A DNA stretch of 48,887 bases, taken from the NCBI GenBank assembly GCA_042218035.1, contig JBDGRM010000020.1, positions 3,759 to 52,645 of the forward strand. Direction: 5' to 3'. Every line of letters begins with the position of its first letter. Position 1 is the first letter of the stretch. The notes below the pieces were generated by a model that worked only from the letters and a program-made list of their open reading frames with translations, was not told the DNA's origin and did not search any database. Origin of the DNA: Candidatus Magasanikiibacteriota bacterium (GTDB lineage Bacteria; Patescibacteriota; Minisyncoccia; UBA6257; GWB1-50-10). Made by a program: the position numbers and the translations under genes. Below, piece after piece: positions 1-8,238 of the stretch.

Positions 1-198
1 TTTACCGGCCAGTTTTTGATCTTTTTCAACCCCTAAATATTTAATTTCATTATTTTTTATTAGTCTTTCTGTAATTTCTCCGTGGCCTGGCCCTATCTCT
101 ATTACCGTATCGCCATCTTCAATTGCAAGAGTTTTTATTATTTCTGCAATAACGGTTTGATCTTGTAAAAAATGTTGACCCAGAACTTTATTTGGCAT
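1..198 (-). CDS. rsmA: 16S rRNA dimethyladenosine transferase RsmA/KsgA, N-terminal fragment (runs off the left edge)
   Basis: Own reverse-strand translation from ATG at 198..196: MPNKVLGQHFLQDQTVIAEIIKTLAIEDGDTVIEIGPGHGEITERLIKNN... The LGQHFL and EIGPGxGxxT (SAM-binding) motifs are typical of KsgA/Erm methyltransferases. It is absent from the ORF track because there is no stop inside the window. Confidence 0.65.
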   Translation of the reverse strand, partial: MPNKVLGQHFLQDQTVIAEIIKTLAIEDGDTVIEIGPGHGEITERLIKNNEIKYLGVEKDQKLAGK

Positions 199-251
199 TG
201 ATATTTTATTATTTTTCAACTTAGTAGGTTTGTATATTATAGTAGTGAAAG

Positions 252-327
252 CTCCCCATAGTTCAATTGGATAGAACAGGGGATTCCTAATCCCCAGATC
301 CAGGTTCAACTCCTGGTGGGGAGACCA
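252..327 (+). tRNA. tRNA-Arg (anticodon CCT), 3' CCA encoded
   Basis: Hand-folded cloverleaf. Acceptor CTCCCCA/TGGGGAG. D arm GTTC..GAAC. Anticodon stem GGGGA/TCCCC with loop TTCCTAA (CCT). T arm CCAGG-TTCAACT-CCTGG. Discriminator A, then CCA. Confidence 0.85.
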
Positions 328-528
328 CAATCCGCTCAGTGGTCGGCTATTTTTAAGATTTAAAAGAAAGGAATGTTTTGTAAGGTTGGGCCGACCACCC
401 TGATGGGAAGATTGAAAATGAGCCAATCTCAGTGTTGTTCCTTCAAGAAGCATCCAATACGTATTTCGGTCACTCCTTGACCTTGGCTCGTTTTTAAACT
501 TCTGAAGGGGTTGTGGTAAGAGATTGGA

Positions 529-614
529 GGCGGAGTGGCAGAGTCTGGTTTATTGCGCCGCACTCGAAATGCGGTAGGCTTCAAGCCTCGGGGGTTCAAA
601 TCCCTCCTCCGCCG
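529..614 (+). tRNA. tRNA-Ser (anticodon CGA), class II with long variable arm, no encoded CCA
   Basis: Acceptor GGCGGAG/CTCCGCC. Anticodon stem CCGCA/TGCGG with loop CTCGAAA (CGA). Variable arm AGGCT-TCA-AGCCT. T arm GGGGG-TTCAAAT-CCCTC. Discriminator G. The 100-aa reverse ORF at 429..731 overlapping it is spurious. Confidence 0.85.
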
Positions 615-623
615 CAGTGAATT
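600..623 (+). repeat. Direct repeat copy 1 (ATCCCTCCTCCGCCGCAGTGAATT), which is the 3' end of tRNA-Ser plus 9 nt of trailer
   Basis: Exact 24-nt match to 773..796. Degenerate similarity continues for about 20 nt downstream of both copies. Confidence 0.9.
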
Positions 624-772
624 TAGAGAACGAGGACGGAAAGGGATTTGAACTTCAAAAGGGCTCGGGAAAACGGTTGAGTTTTCCCGTGTTGGAAAGC
701 AGGGACGAGCTTTGCGAGGACCGCCGAACACCGAGGGTGTTCGGAGAGCGAACGTAGTGAGCGAGTTTTAAT
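624..772 (+). other. 149-bp GC-rich, hairpin-rich insert bracketed by the duplicated tRNA-Ser 3' end
   Basis: Perfect hairpins GGGAAAAC-N6-GTTTTCCC (667..688) and CCGAACACC-GAG-GGTGTTCGG (724..744). GGGATTTGAAC (643..653) is an inverted copy of the tRNA T-loop GTTCAAATCCC (594..604). No convincing ORF. Confidence 0.5.
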
Positions 773-796
773 ATCCCTCCTCCGCCGCAGTGAATT
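773..796 (+). repeat. Direct repeat copy 2 of the tRNA-Ser 3' end
   Basis: Exact 24-nt match to 600..623. No tRNA body precedes it. Confidence 0.9.
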
Positions 797-854
797 AATA
801 AACGAGAAAAGAAAAATGCCTAAAGGCTTAGAATTGCTTGATGGACTTAGGATT

Positions 855-3407
855 CTAGTTTAGATCAGGAATTACAAAATTGATGAGTGTGTCCTCTACA
901 AAAATAACTTTTTCAACTTCATTTCCTTGAAGGTATTTTTTAATTTTTTCTTGCGATTCAGCCAAGTTTTGTGCTTTTTCTTTAGAAATTCCTTTATTAG
1001 TTCTAACTTTGTCTCTGAACTCCCCGTTTATTTGAACCACTAACTCAAAATCTTCTTTTTTTGTTTTTTTATCTTCATATTCGGGCCACGACTGTTCGTG
1101 GATGGAGTTATTCTTATCCAAATCCTCTCTCCATATTTCTTCTACCAGGTGGGGACTGAAGGGCGCTAACATCTTTAAGAGGTTTTCATATAATTCTTGG
1201 GGAACTTCATCCAAGTCTCTTACTTCTCCTTCTAGTTCCATTAGGGCAGCTATCGCTGTATTGTATTGCAAAGACTGAATATCCTCTCCCGCTTTCTTTA
1301 TTGTTCTATGCATTTTCCTTTGAAGTTTTTCGGAAAGGTTTTTTTGTTCGGAGACTCTATTTTTTAGCTTCCATATTCTGTCCAGGAATCGAGTTATTCC
1401 CAATATCCCCTCGTCTCGGAAATCCCCTCCTTCTTCAAAGGGGGCAAGAAACATGAGATAAGTTCTTAAAACATCGGCTCCGAATTTATTGATGTATTCT
1501 TCCGGATTCACCACGTTTCCTACTGACTTCGACATTTTTTGACCTTCTTTAATTAAAAGGCCGTGAGCTCTGAATTTTTTGAACGGCTCTTTAAAATCAA
1601 TTAGATCCCAATCATAAAAGACTTTCGTTATGAATCTAGTATAAAGAAGATGAAGAACAGCGTGTTCAGCTCCTCCTATATACATATCAACAGGCAACCA
1701 GTTTTTGTTTACTTTTTTATTCCAAGGAATTTCTACTCTCTTATTATTTTTTGGTGTTTGCGATTGAGAGTTTTCTGAATTCAGACTGGGATAACGATAA
1801 TAGTACCAAGCAGAATCTAGAAAATTATCAGATACATCGGTTTCCCTTTTGGCTTCACTTCCACATTCGGGGCACTCAGTTGTCACAAATGATTCATCAA
1901 GACCAAGTGGAGAAACCTCTACTCCTTTTGGTTTGAAATCTTCTATGTAAGGAAGCTCAACAGGAAGATTATCCTCTTCGACAGTATGTATCATGCATTT
2001 CTCTCCGTCTATTACATCATAGTCCACTCCTTTTTCTAACCCATCTTTTTGGGGGTTATTCTTCCAACAGTTATTACAATATATTATTGGTATTGGAGGA
2101 CCCCAGTATCGTTGTCGAGAAATCAACCAATCCCTCAATTTGTAATTTTCCGTTTTTTCCCCTCCTACATAATTTGTAATTTCTTCTTTTGCTTCTTCAG
2201 CCGACAACCCATTGAATTGAGATGAATTTATAAGCGTACCCTTCCCTTCATATGCTTCTTCAAGATTATTTTCTCCATCTCCTTTGGATATTACTTGTTT
2301 AATAGAAACATCATGTTTTTTAGCAAAAGCGAAATCTCTTTCATCGTGAGCCGGAACAGCCATGATAGCCCCACTTCCTACGTCTTTCAGTACATATTCA
2401 GCTGCAAAAACCGGAAGCTTTTCACCGTTTGCTGGGTTTTTCGCCTTTAAACCTTTTATTTTTATTCCAGTTTTATTGTCAGCATCCTTTTTTCTTTGTT
2501 CTTCTGTTTTACTTTTTATTTTATTTACGTATTTTAAAACCTCTTCTTTGTTTTTTACTTTGATTTCGTCTTTTTTAATTCTTTCTATTAATTCATGCTC
2601 TGGCGCCAAAGCTAGGTAAGTAGCCCCGAATAGTGTGTCCGGCCTTGTAGTAAAAACATTTATATTAACCTCATTGGATTCTACCCCTTTAACCTTAAAA
2701 GGTATTGTTGCTCCCTTTGATTTGCCTATCCAATTTTTTTGAGCATTTTTGACTCTTTCAGACCAGTCCAAGTCTTTAAGATCTTCAAGCAACCGGTCAG
2801 CGTAATCAGTTATCTTAAAGAACCATTGCCGCAGCTCTTTTTGCTCAGCCTCACTATCACATCTTTCACACTCCCCTTTTATCACTTGTTCATCAGCTAA
2901 AACAGTTTTACACCCTGGACACCATTTTACCGAAGAAGTATCTCTGTAAGCCAGTCCGTTTTTATACATTTGAATGAATATCCATTGAGTCCATTTGTAA
3001 TATTCAGGTTTATAAGTTTCTAACCGTTCTTCCCAACTGAATCCGTTCCCTACCATTTTTAATTGTTCATAGAAATTTTTTTCTGATTTTTTTGATTGTT
3101 CAACGGGATGAGTATCCACTTTGATTGCATAATTTTCCGAATGTATTCCAAACCCGTCGAGTCCGATAGGCTCAAAAACATCTTTTCCCTGCATTCTTTG
3201 AAACCTCCCGTATACGTCAGAACCGGTGAAGGCGTACATATTGCCAACGTGAAGTCCTTTTGCTGAAGGATAAGGGAACATCATTAAGTTATAAAAAGGG
3301 TCTTGAGGGTTTTCTAAATTCGGCTCATAAATTCCCTCCTCTTCCCATTTATCTTGCCATTTTTGCTCTATTTTTTTGTGATCGTATTCCATGGTTTTAG
3401 TATCCAT
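855..3407 (-). CDS. leuS: Leucyl-tRNA synthetase
   Basis: 850-aa ORF with the class I HIGH-type motif (GLHVGNMY), KMSKS, and LeuRS-typical N-terminus and editing-domain layout. Confidence 0.95.
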   Translation of the reverse strand: MDTKTMEYDHKKIEQKWQDKWEEEGIYEPNLENPQDPFYNLMMFPYPSAKGLHVGNMYAFTGSDVYGRFQRMQGKDVFEPIGLDGFGIHSENYAIKVDTHPVEQSKKSEKNFYEQLKMVGNGFSWEERLETYKPEYYKWTQWIFIQMYKNGLAYRDTSSVKWCPGCKTVLADEQVIKGECERCDSEAEQKELRQWFFKITDYADRLLEDLKDLDWSERVKNAQKNWIGKSKGATIPFKVKGVESNEVNINVFTTRPDTLFGATYLALAPEHELIERIKKDEIKVKNKEEVLKYVNKIKSKTEEQRKKDADNKTGIKIKGLKAKNPANGEKLPVFAAEYVLKDVGSGAIMAVPAHDERDFAFAKKHDVSIKQVISKGDGENNLEEAYEGKGTLINSSQFNGLSAEEAKEEITNYVGGEKTENYKLRDWLISRQRYWGPPIPIIYCNNCWKNNPQKDGLEKGVDYDVIDGEKCMIHTVEEDNLPVELPYIEDFKPKGVEVSPLGLDESFVTTECPECGSEAKRETDVSDNFLDSAWYYYRYPSLNSENSQSQTPKNNKRVEIPWNKKVNKNWLPVDMYIGGAEHAVLHLLYTRFITKVFYDWDLIDFKEPFKKFRAHGLLIKEGQKMSKSVGNVVNPEEYINKFGADVLRTYLMFLAPFEEGGDFRDEGILGITRFLDRIWKLKNRVSEQKNLSEKLQRKMHRTIKKAGEDIQSLQYNTAIAALMELEGEVRDLDEVPQELYENLLKMLAPFSPHLVEEIWREDLDKNNSIHEQSWPEYEDKKTKKEDFELVVQINGEFRDKVRTNKGISKEKAQNLAESQEKIKKYLQGNEVEKVIFVEDTLINFVIPDLN

Positions 3408-3471
3408 TAGTTAGTAACTAGTGATTAAAAATAATGACTAAAAATCAGAATATAGAATTAAGATTCAAGAA

Positions 3472-4317
3472 TCAAGAGAGGTCTAAGCCAAAAACTTTTT
3501 CGTTATTTTCAATAATTTTACTTTTTAACTCTTCAAGCCCCACCCCTTTTATGTCGGCCATTTTTTTGTAGACCTCTTTTACATATATAGGTTTATTTCT
3601 TTTACCTCTATGCGGTTCCGGAGTTACGTAGGGAGCGTCTGTTTCTAATAGTATCTTATCTATGGGGATATAATTAACAACATCATTATAATCCCCTGTA
3701 AACGTTATAGCTCCCCCAAAAGTGAAAAAATATCCCATGTCCAAAAAATTTTTTGCCATATTTTTATTACCTACAAAAAAGTGAATTATTATCTTTGGCA
3801 GATCATTTTCTTTTTTAAGAATGTCATATAAGTCATTATAAGCATCCATTGAATTTTCTGAAGGCCGGCAATGAATCATTAAAGGTAAGTCAGCATCTTT
3901 AGCCAAAGCTATATGCTTTTTAAACATACTCTTTTGCTGCTCTTTTTTCTTTTTCGTTTCACTATCCAGATGAAAATAATCAAGTCCACACTCTCCTATT
4001 GCTACTACTGTTTCTCTTTGGGTAAAATTTTTAAAAAAATCATAATTCCATATATTACCCTGGTCACCCCTCTTGTTTACCTCCTTGTCATTTTGAAAAT
4101 TAGAAGAAACCTTTGTGGGGTGAATTCCTACTGTAGAAAAAATAAATTCATTCGTGCTCTTTTCAGATAGTTTAACAGCTCTTTTTGAGGTTTCTTGAGT
4201 AGTCCCGACATTTACCAAACCCATTCTATCAGTTTTCATTTCTGATAATATATCCTCTCTTGTGTTGTCGTAATCTTTAAATTGAAGATGGGTATGAGAA
4301 TCAAAATATTCTAGCAT
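3472..4317 (-). CDS. TatD-family metal-dependent hydrolase/DNase
   Basis: 281 aa. N-terminal FDSHTHL metal motif and TIM-barrel TatD-like pattern (IGECGLDY, ETDAPY). Confidence 0.8.
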   Translation of the reverse strand: MLEYFDSHTHLQFKDYDNTREDILSEMKTDRMGLVNVGTTQETSKRAVKLSEKSTNEFIFSTVGIHPTKVSSNFQNDKEVNKRGDQGNIWNYDFFKNFTQRETVVAIGECGLDYFHLDSETKKKKEQQKSMFKKHIALAKDADLPLMIHCRPSENSMDAYNDLYDILKKENDLPKIIIHFFVGNKNMAKNFLDMGYFFTFGGAITFTGDYNDVVNYIPIDKILLETDAPYVTPEPHRGKRNKPIYVKEVYKKMADIKGVGLEELKSKIIENNEKVFGLDLS

Positions 4318-4321
4318 CTTG

Positions 4322-5344
4322 TCATGCTTCTAATTCTGCTCTTCGGCTGGCTTTTTGCTCTGCTATGTGGTTAAAGACCTCTTGTACAAGGAGTGCTATA
4401 GGAACAGCCAGAAGAACTCCTACGAAGCCAGCAATATGACCTCCTGCTATTAAGGCTATTATTACTATTACGGGATGAATTTTCATGGCTCTTCCCATCA
4501 CTAGTGGAACAAGAACATTGTTTTCTATTTGTTGAACTATAAAGAAGAAGATCAATACGTATAATCCCAAAGTAAGTGACTCCGAAAGCCCTACCAGAAA
4601 TGCTATACCCCCTGTCACTACCGGTCCTATAACCGGAACCAATTCTAAAACTCCTGCTATTATTCCAATAATTAGTGCGTATGGCATACCAAGAAGCCAT
4701 AAACCTACACCTGTCATTAAACCTACCATGGTTGTAAGCCCCAGTTGAGCCAATAACCACACTCTCATTTTCTTTTTAAACTGAGAAAAAACATTCAGTA
4801 CAGGCTTTTCATATATCCGGGGAAGTATAACTTTTAAGAGTCTCTCGGTTCCATTTTTTTCAAGAGAAAGGTAGAAAGATATTATGAAAGTTGAGAGAAT
4901 TAATACAGACTTATTGAAAATAGTAGAAATCGTCCCGGTAATCGAAATACTGGAAGAGGTTATGAACCGGATTGCCTTGTTAATGTTTGCAGTGAAGCTT
5001 TCTATTAAGTTTTGAGGGATACCCAACCCTAAAAGCTCTGAAGAAACTTGATTAAGTTGAGAGATGAAGCTCTGTATTTCCACTGCCACTACAGGAACTA
5101 TTAAATATATTCCCACACCAAGAGAAATTATCATTAAAAGAAAAAGCGCTATCGTTGCGAGCAATCTGTTTATTCCCCTCCTTTCTAAGAAATCCACAAT
5201 AGGGTCAATGCCGAGTGATATTACTACTGAAGCAAAAAATACAGTAAGAGCCTGTCTACTAAAATAAAGCAGGGCCACCAAACCTAAAAACACAAATATC
5301 TTCCAAAGAGTATTCCAGGTTATCTCAACATTGACATTTTCCAT
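4322..5344 (-). CDS. AI-2E family transporter (PerM/UPF0118) membrane protein
   Basis: 340 aa, multi-TM. The C-terminal pattern (LELVPVIGPV...GGIAF, HPVIVIIALIAGG) is typical of AI-2E/PerM permeases. Confidence 0.75.
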   Translation of the reverse strand: MENVNVEITWNTLWKIFVFLGLVALLYFSRQALTVFFASVVISLGIDPIVDFLERRGINRLLATIALFLLMIISLGVGIYLIVPVVAVEIQSFISQLNQVSSELLGLGIPQNLIESFTANINKAIRFITSSSISITGTISTIFNKSVLILSTFIISFYLSLEKNGTERLLKVILPRIYEKPVLNVFSQFKKKMRVWLLAQLGLTTMVGLMTGVGLWLLGMPYALIIGIIAGVLELVPVIGPVVTGGIAFLVGLSESLTLGLYVLIFFFIVQQIENNVLVPLVMGRAMKIHPVIVIIALIAGGHIAGFVGVLLAVPIALLVQEVFNHIAEQKASRRAELEA

Positions 5345-5361
5345 TTTTCTTTTTAGAAAAG

Positions 5362-6633
5362 CTAATCTACATTTAGTATATCAACAAAATCACCCTTTTG
5401 GAAAGGTCCTATTAAAGCCAAGTTGAGGTTTTTATTTTTAAAGAGATCATTAGCTACTGATTTAACAGATTTAATGCTTACTGACTTTAATTTTTTAATT
5501 ATTTCTTCAGGGTTTAATATTTGCTCGGACCGTGCTGCTTGATCGCTGTAGAATCTTGCAAGAGAGCTGGAGGTTTCAAGCCCAGTCATCAAATTACCTA
5601 TTATATGATTCTTGCTTTTTTTAAGCTCCTTCTCTTTTATACCTTCTTCTTTGATCTTCTTTAGTTCTTTCATGGTGGCTTTAATAGCTGCCTGAGTTTT
5701 TGAATTTTTCACACCCGCACTTACTAAGAATAAACCCGTACCTCTAAGTAAGTGGTTTTTTGAGCCAACATAGTAAGCAGCCCCCATTTCGCTTCTTATT
5801 TTTTGGAAAAGACGAGAGCTTATGCCACCGCCTAATACGTTACTCAATATTTTCAACGGATATTTACGATCGTCTTCAGTTCCAAATGCCCTAAAACCAA
5901 TTCTTAAGTGAGTTTGAGCTGAGTCTTTATTATGCACTAACTCTCTCACTTCCTTCTGTTTATTTAGTGCTTTTTTTGATTGGGTATTATTCCCTTCTTT
6001 TAGTTCGGAGAATAGAGAATTAATGCTTTTTTCAACATCTGGATTTAAATTTCCAGCAACCGTTACGATCGTATTGTTAGCTACATAATTTTCATTTCTG
6101 TATTCTTGGAAATCTTCGCGGGAAAGGTTTTTTATAACCTCTTTTTTGCCTAATACTGAACGACCCAAAGAGTGGTTTTTATAAGAAGATTCAAAAAGTA
6201 AGTCGAAAACTTTTCGTTTCGGGTCATCATCATACATATTTATTTCTTCTATAATAACCCCTCTTTCTTTTTCAATTTCTTTCTCGGGAAGAATAGAATT
6301 TTTATACATATCAGCAATTATATCTAATAAATCTCCCCACACACCAGACCTACCCTTCGCGTAATAGCTTGTGTACTCCCTATTTGTGAATGCGTTATAA
6401 GTTGCTCCAAGATTTTCGAATTCACTTGCAATCTCAACTTGGCTCGGTCTCTTATTAGTCCCCTTGAAGCCTAGGTGTTCCAAAAAATGAGAAATTCCGT
6501 TTAATTCTCTTGTTTCGTGTTTTGAACCCACCTTTGCAGTAGCCATAACGGTGGTGGTAAAGCTATCTTCTTGAGGTGCCAGAATAATCTCTAAACCGTT
6601 GTCTAATTTGTAGTTTTTAAAATTTTGTTTCAT
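5362..6633 (-). CDS. M16-family (pitrilysin-like) zinc peptidase
   Basis: 423 aa with the inverted zinc motif HxxEH (HFLEHLGFKGT) near the N-terminus. Confidence 0.85.
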   Translation of the reverse strand: MKQNFKNYKLDNGLEIILAPQEDSFTTTVMATAKVGSKHETRELNGISHFLEHLGFKGTNKRPSQVEIASEFENLGATYNAFTNREYTSYYAKGRSGVWGDLLDIIADMYKNSILPEKEIEKERGVIIEEINMYDDDPKRKVFDLLFESSYKNHSLGRSVLGKKEVIKNLSREDFQEYRNENYVANNTIVTVAGNLNPDVEKSINSLFSELKEGNNTQSKKALNKQKEVRELVHNKDSAQTHLRIGFRAFGTEDDRKYPLKILSNVLGGGISSRLFQKIRSEMGAAYYVGSKNHLLRGTGLFLVSAGVKNSKTQAAIKATMKELKKIKEEGIKEKELKKSKNHIIGNLMTGLETSSSLARFYSDQAARSEQILNPEEIIKKLKSVSIKSVKSVANDLFKNKNLNLALIGPFQKGDFVDILNVD

Positions 6634-6820
6634 ATTTAGTTTTATATTTACTTAAACCCAACGTCACTTTGGGATAAATATACAGTTGTTTTTTCAGTGG
6701 GGAGACCATTGCTTTGCCCTTGCTTCCGCTCGGTTGAGCTGAGGTCGAATTCGTCTGAGTTCCGAAGTTTTATCTCACAAAAAGCATTTACCCCGAATTT
6801 TTATTTGCAGTATGTAATTT

Positions 6821-8155
6821 TTAGTCAACCAACTCTCCTAACTTTTCAATTGGATCCCCTTCCATTAAATCAGATAAGGCGGATTTTAAATTATCTAACT
6901 CAACCCTAACTTGCTCCATAGTATCTCTATCCCTGATAGTTACTGTTTCATCCTCTAGTGTGTCAAAGTCTATTGTAACGCAAGCTTTTGTTCCGGCTTC
7001 ATCTTGGTATCGATATCTCTTACCTATATTTCCTCGTTGATCCCAGTCGACCATCCATTCTTTTTGAAGATTTTTATAAACCTCTCTTGCTTTTTCAACT
7101 AACTTCTCTTTGTTTGAAAGGAGGGGAAAAACAGCCACTTTATAAGGAGCTATTTTTGGATCGAATTTAAGAACAGTTCTTTCATTGCCGTTATCTAATT
7201 TTTCCTCTTCAAGAGCTTCAGCAATAAGAAAGAGAGTGACTCTGTCTACCCCTCCCGAAGTCTCGACTATCCAAGGCAAGAACTTTTCCCCTGTTTCAGG
7301 ATCTCTTACCTCAAAATCTTTACCAGAATGTTCCTGATGTTTTTTCAAGTCCCAGTCACCTCTGTTATGAACCCCTTCAAATTCCATCCATTCTTCACCG
7401 AGATTATATTCTAGATCCCATGCGTCTCGGGCATAATGAGCCATTTCATCTTTTTCATGTTGCCGAAATCGTATATTTTCTTCATTGAAACCTATATCCT
7501 TATACCACTCTAACCTCCTTTGTTTCCATTTTTTCATCCAATCTTCAGCATTGCTGGGGTGAACATAAAATTGAAGCTCCATTTGTTCAAACTCTCTAGA
7601 GCGAAAACTTAATTTAGCGGGAGTTATTTCATTTCGAAAAGCTTTTCCTGTTTGAGCTATGCCAAATGGAACCTGAACGCGACTTGAGTTTATAACTTGC
7701 TTAAAGTTTACATGTGCTCCTTGGGTTATTTCACCGCGTAGGTATACTTTTCTTTTTTCTCCCTCAACTGAGCCAAGATATGCGTCCACTAATAAATTGA
7801 ATTCTTTCTTCTCACCTAATTCAGATCCACATTCCGGGCAATTTTCACCTTCAACATGATCTGCCCTGAACCTTTTTTTGCATTCTGTGCACTGAACTAA
7901 GGGATCACTAAAAGAATCTAAATGACCACTTGCCTCCCATACTTTCGGATTCATTATTATCGACCCGTCCGCACCTACTATATTTTCCTTTCTTTGAACC
8001 ATACTTTCCCACCAATAGTCTTTTACATTCTTCTTTACTTCTACTCCCAAAGGTCCATAATCCCACATTCCAGAAATACCACCGTAAATTTCTGAGCATT
8101 GATATATAAAACCCCGCCTTTTTGTTAATGATGCTAATTTTTCTAGTTTGTCCAT
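6821..8155 (-). CDS. glyQS: Glycyl-tRNA synthetase (dimeric GlyQS type)
   Basis: 444 aa. The N-terminus RRGFIYQCSEIYGGISGMWDYGPLG and the class II layout are typical of GlyQS. Confidence 0.92.
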   Translation of the reverse strand: MDKLEKLASLTKRRGFIYQCSEIYGGISGMWDYGPLGVEVKKNVKDYWWESMVQRKENIVGADGSIIMNPKVWEASGHLDSFSDPLVQCTECKKRFRADHVEGENCPECGSELGEKKEFNLLVDAYLGSVEGEKRKVYLRGEITQGAHVNFKQVINSSRVQVPFGIAQTGKAFRNEITPAKLSFRSREFEQMELQFYVHPSNAEDWMKKWKQRRLEWYKDIGFNEENIRFRQHEKDEMAHYARDAWDLEYNLGEEWMEFEGVHNRGDWDLKKHQEHSGKDFEVRDPETGEKFLPWIVETSGGVDRVTLFLIAEALEEEKLDNGNERTVLKFDPKIAPYKVAVFPLLSNKEKLVEKAREVYKNLQKEWMVDWDQRGNIGKRYRYQDEAGTKACVTIDFDTLEDETVTIRDRDTMEQVRVELDNLKSALSDLMEGDPIEKLGELVD

Positions 8156-8238
8156 ATTAAAATATTTTAAAAACAGCTTATTTACTTTTTAGCTTAATTA
8201 AAGAATAAACGTTGGCGCCTAACCTATCAAGAAAATTA

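Noticed and set aside
337-402. A 9-bp perfect inverted repeat (GTGGTCGGC / GCCGACCAC) between the two tRNA genes
   Set aside because: It is real in the sequence, but the 43-nt AT-rich loop and lack of other features make it most likely a simple transcript-processing or terminator-like stem between tRNAs. That is not enough for a separate claim.
429-731. The 100-aa reverse-strand ORF in the track
   Set aside because: It overlaps tRNA-Ser and the GC-rich insert. Its arginine/proline-rich translation is typical of reading through structured GC-rich RNA-like sequence. There is no start context.
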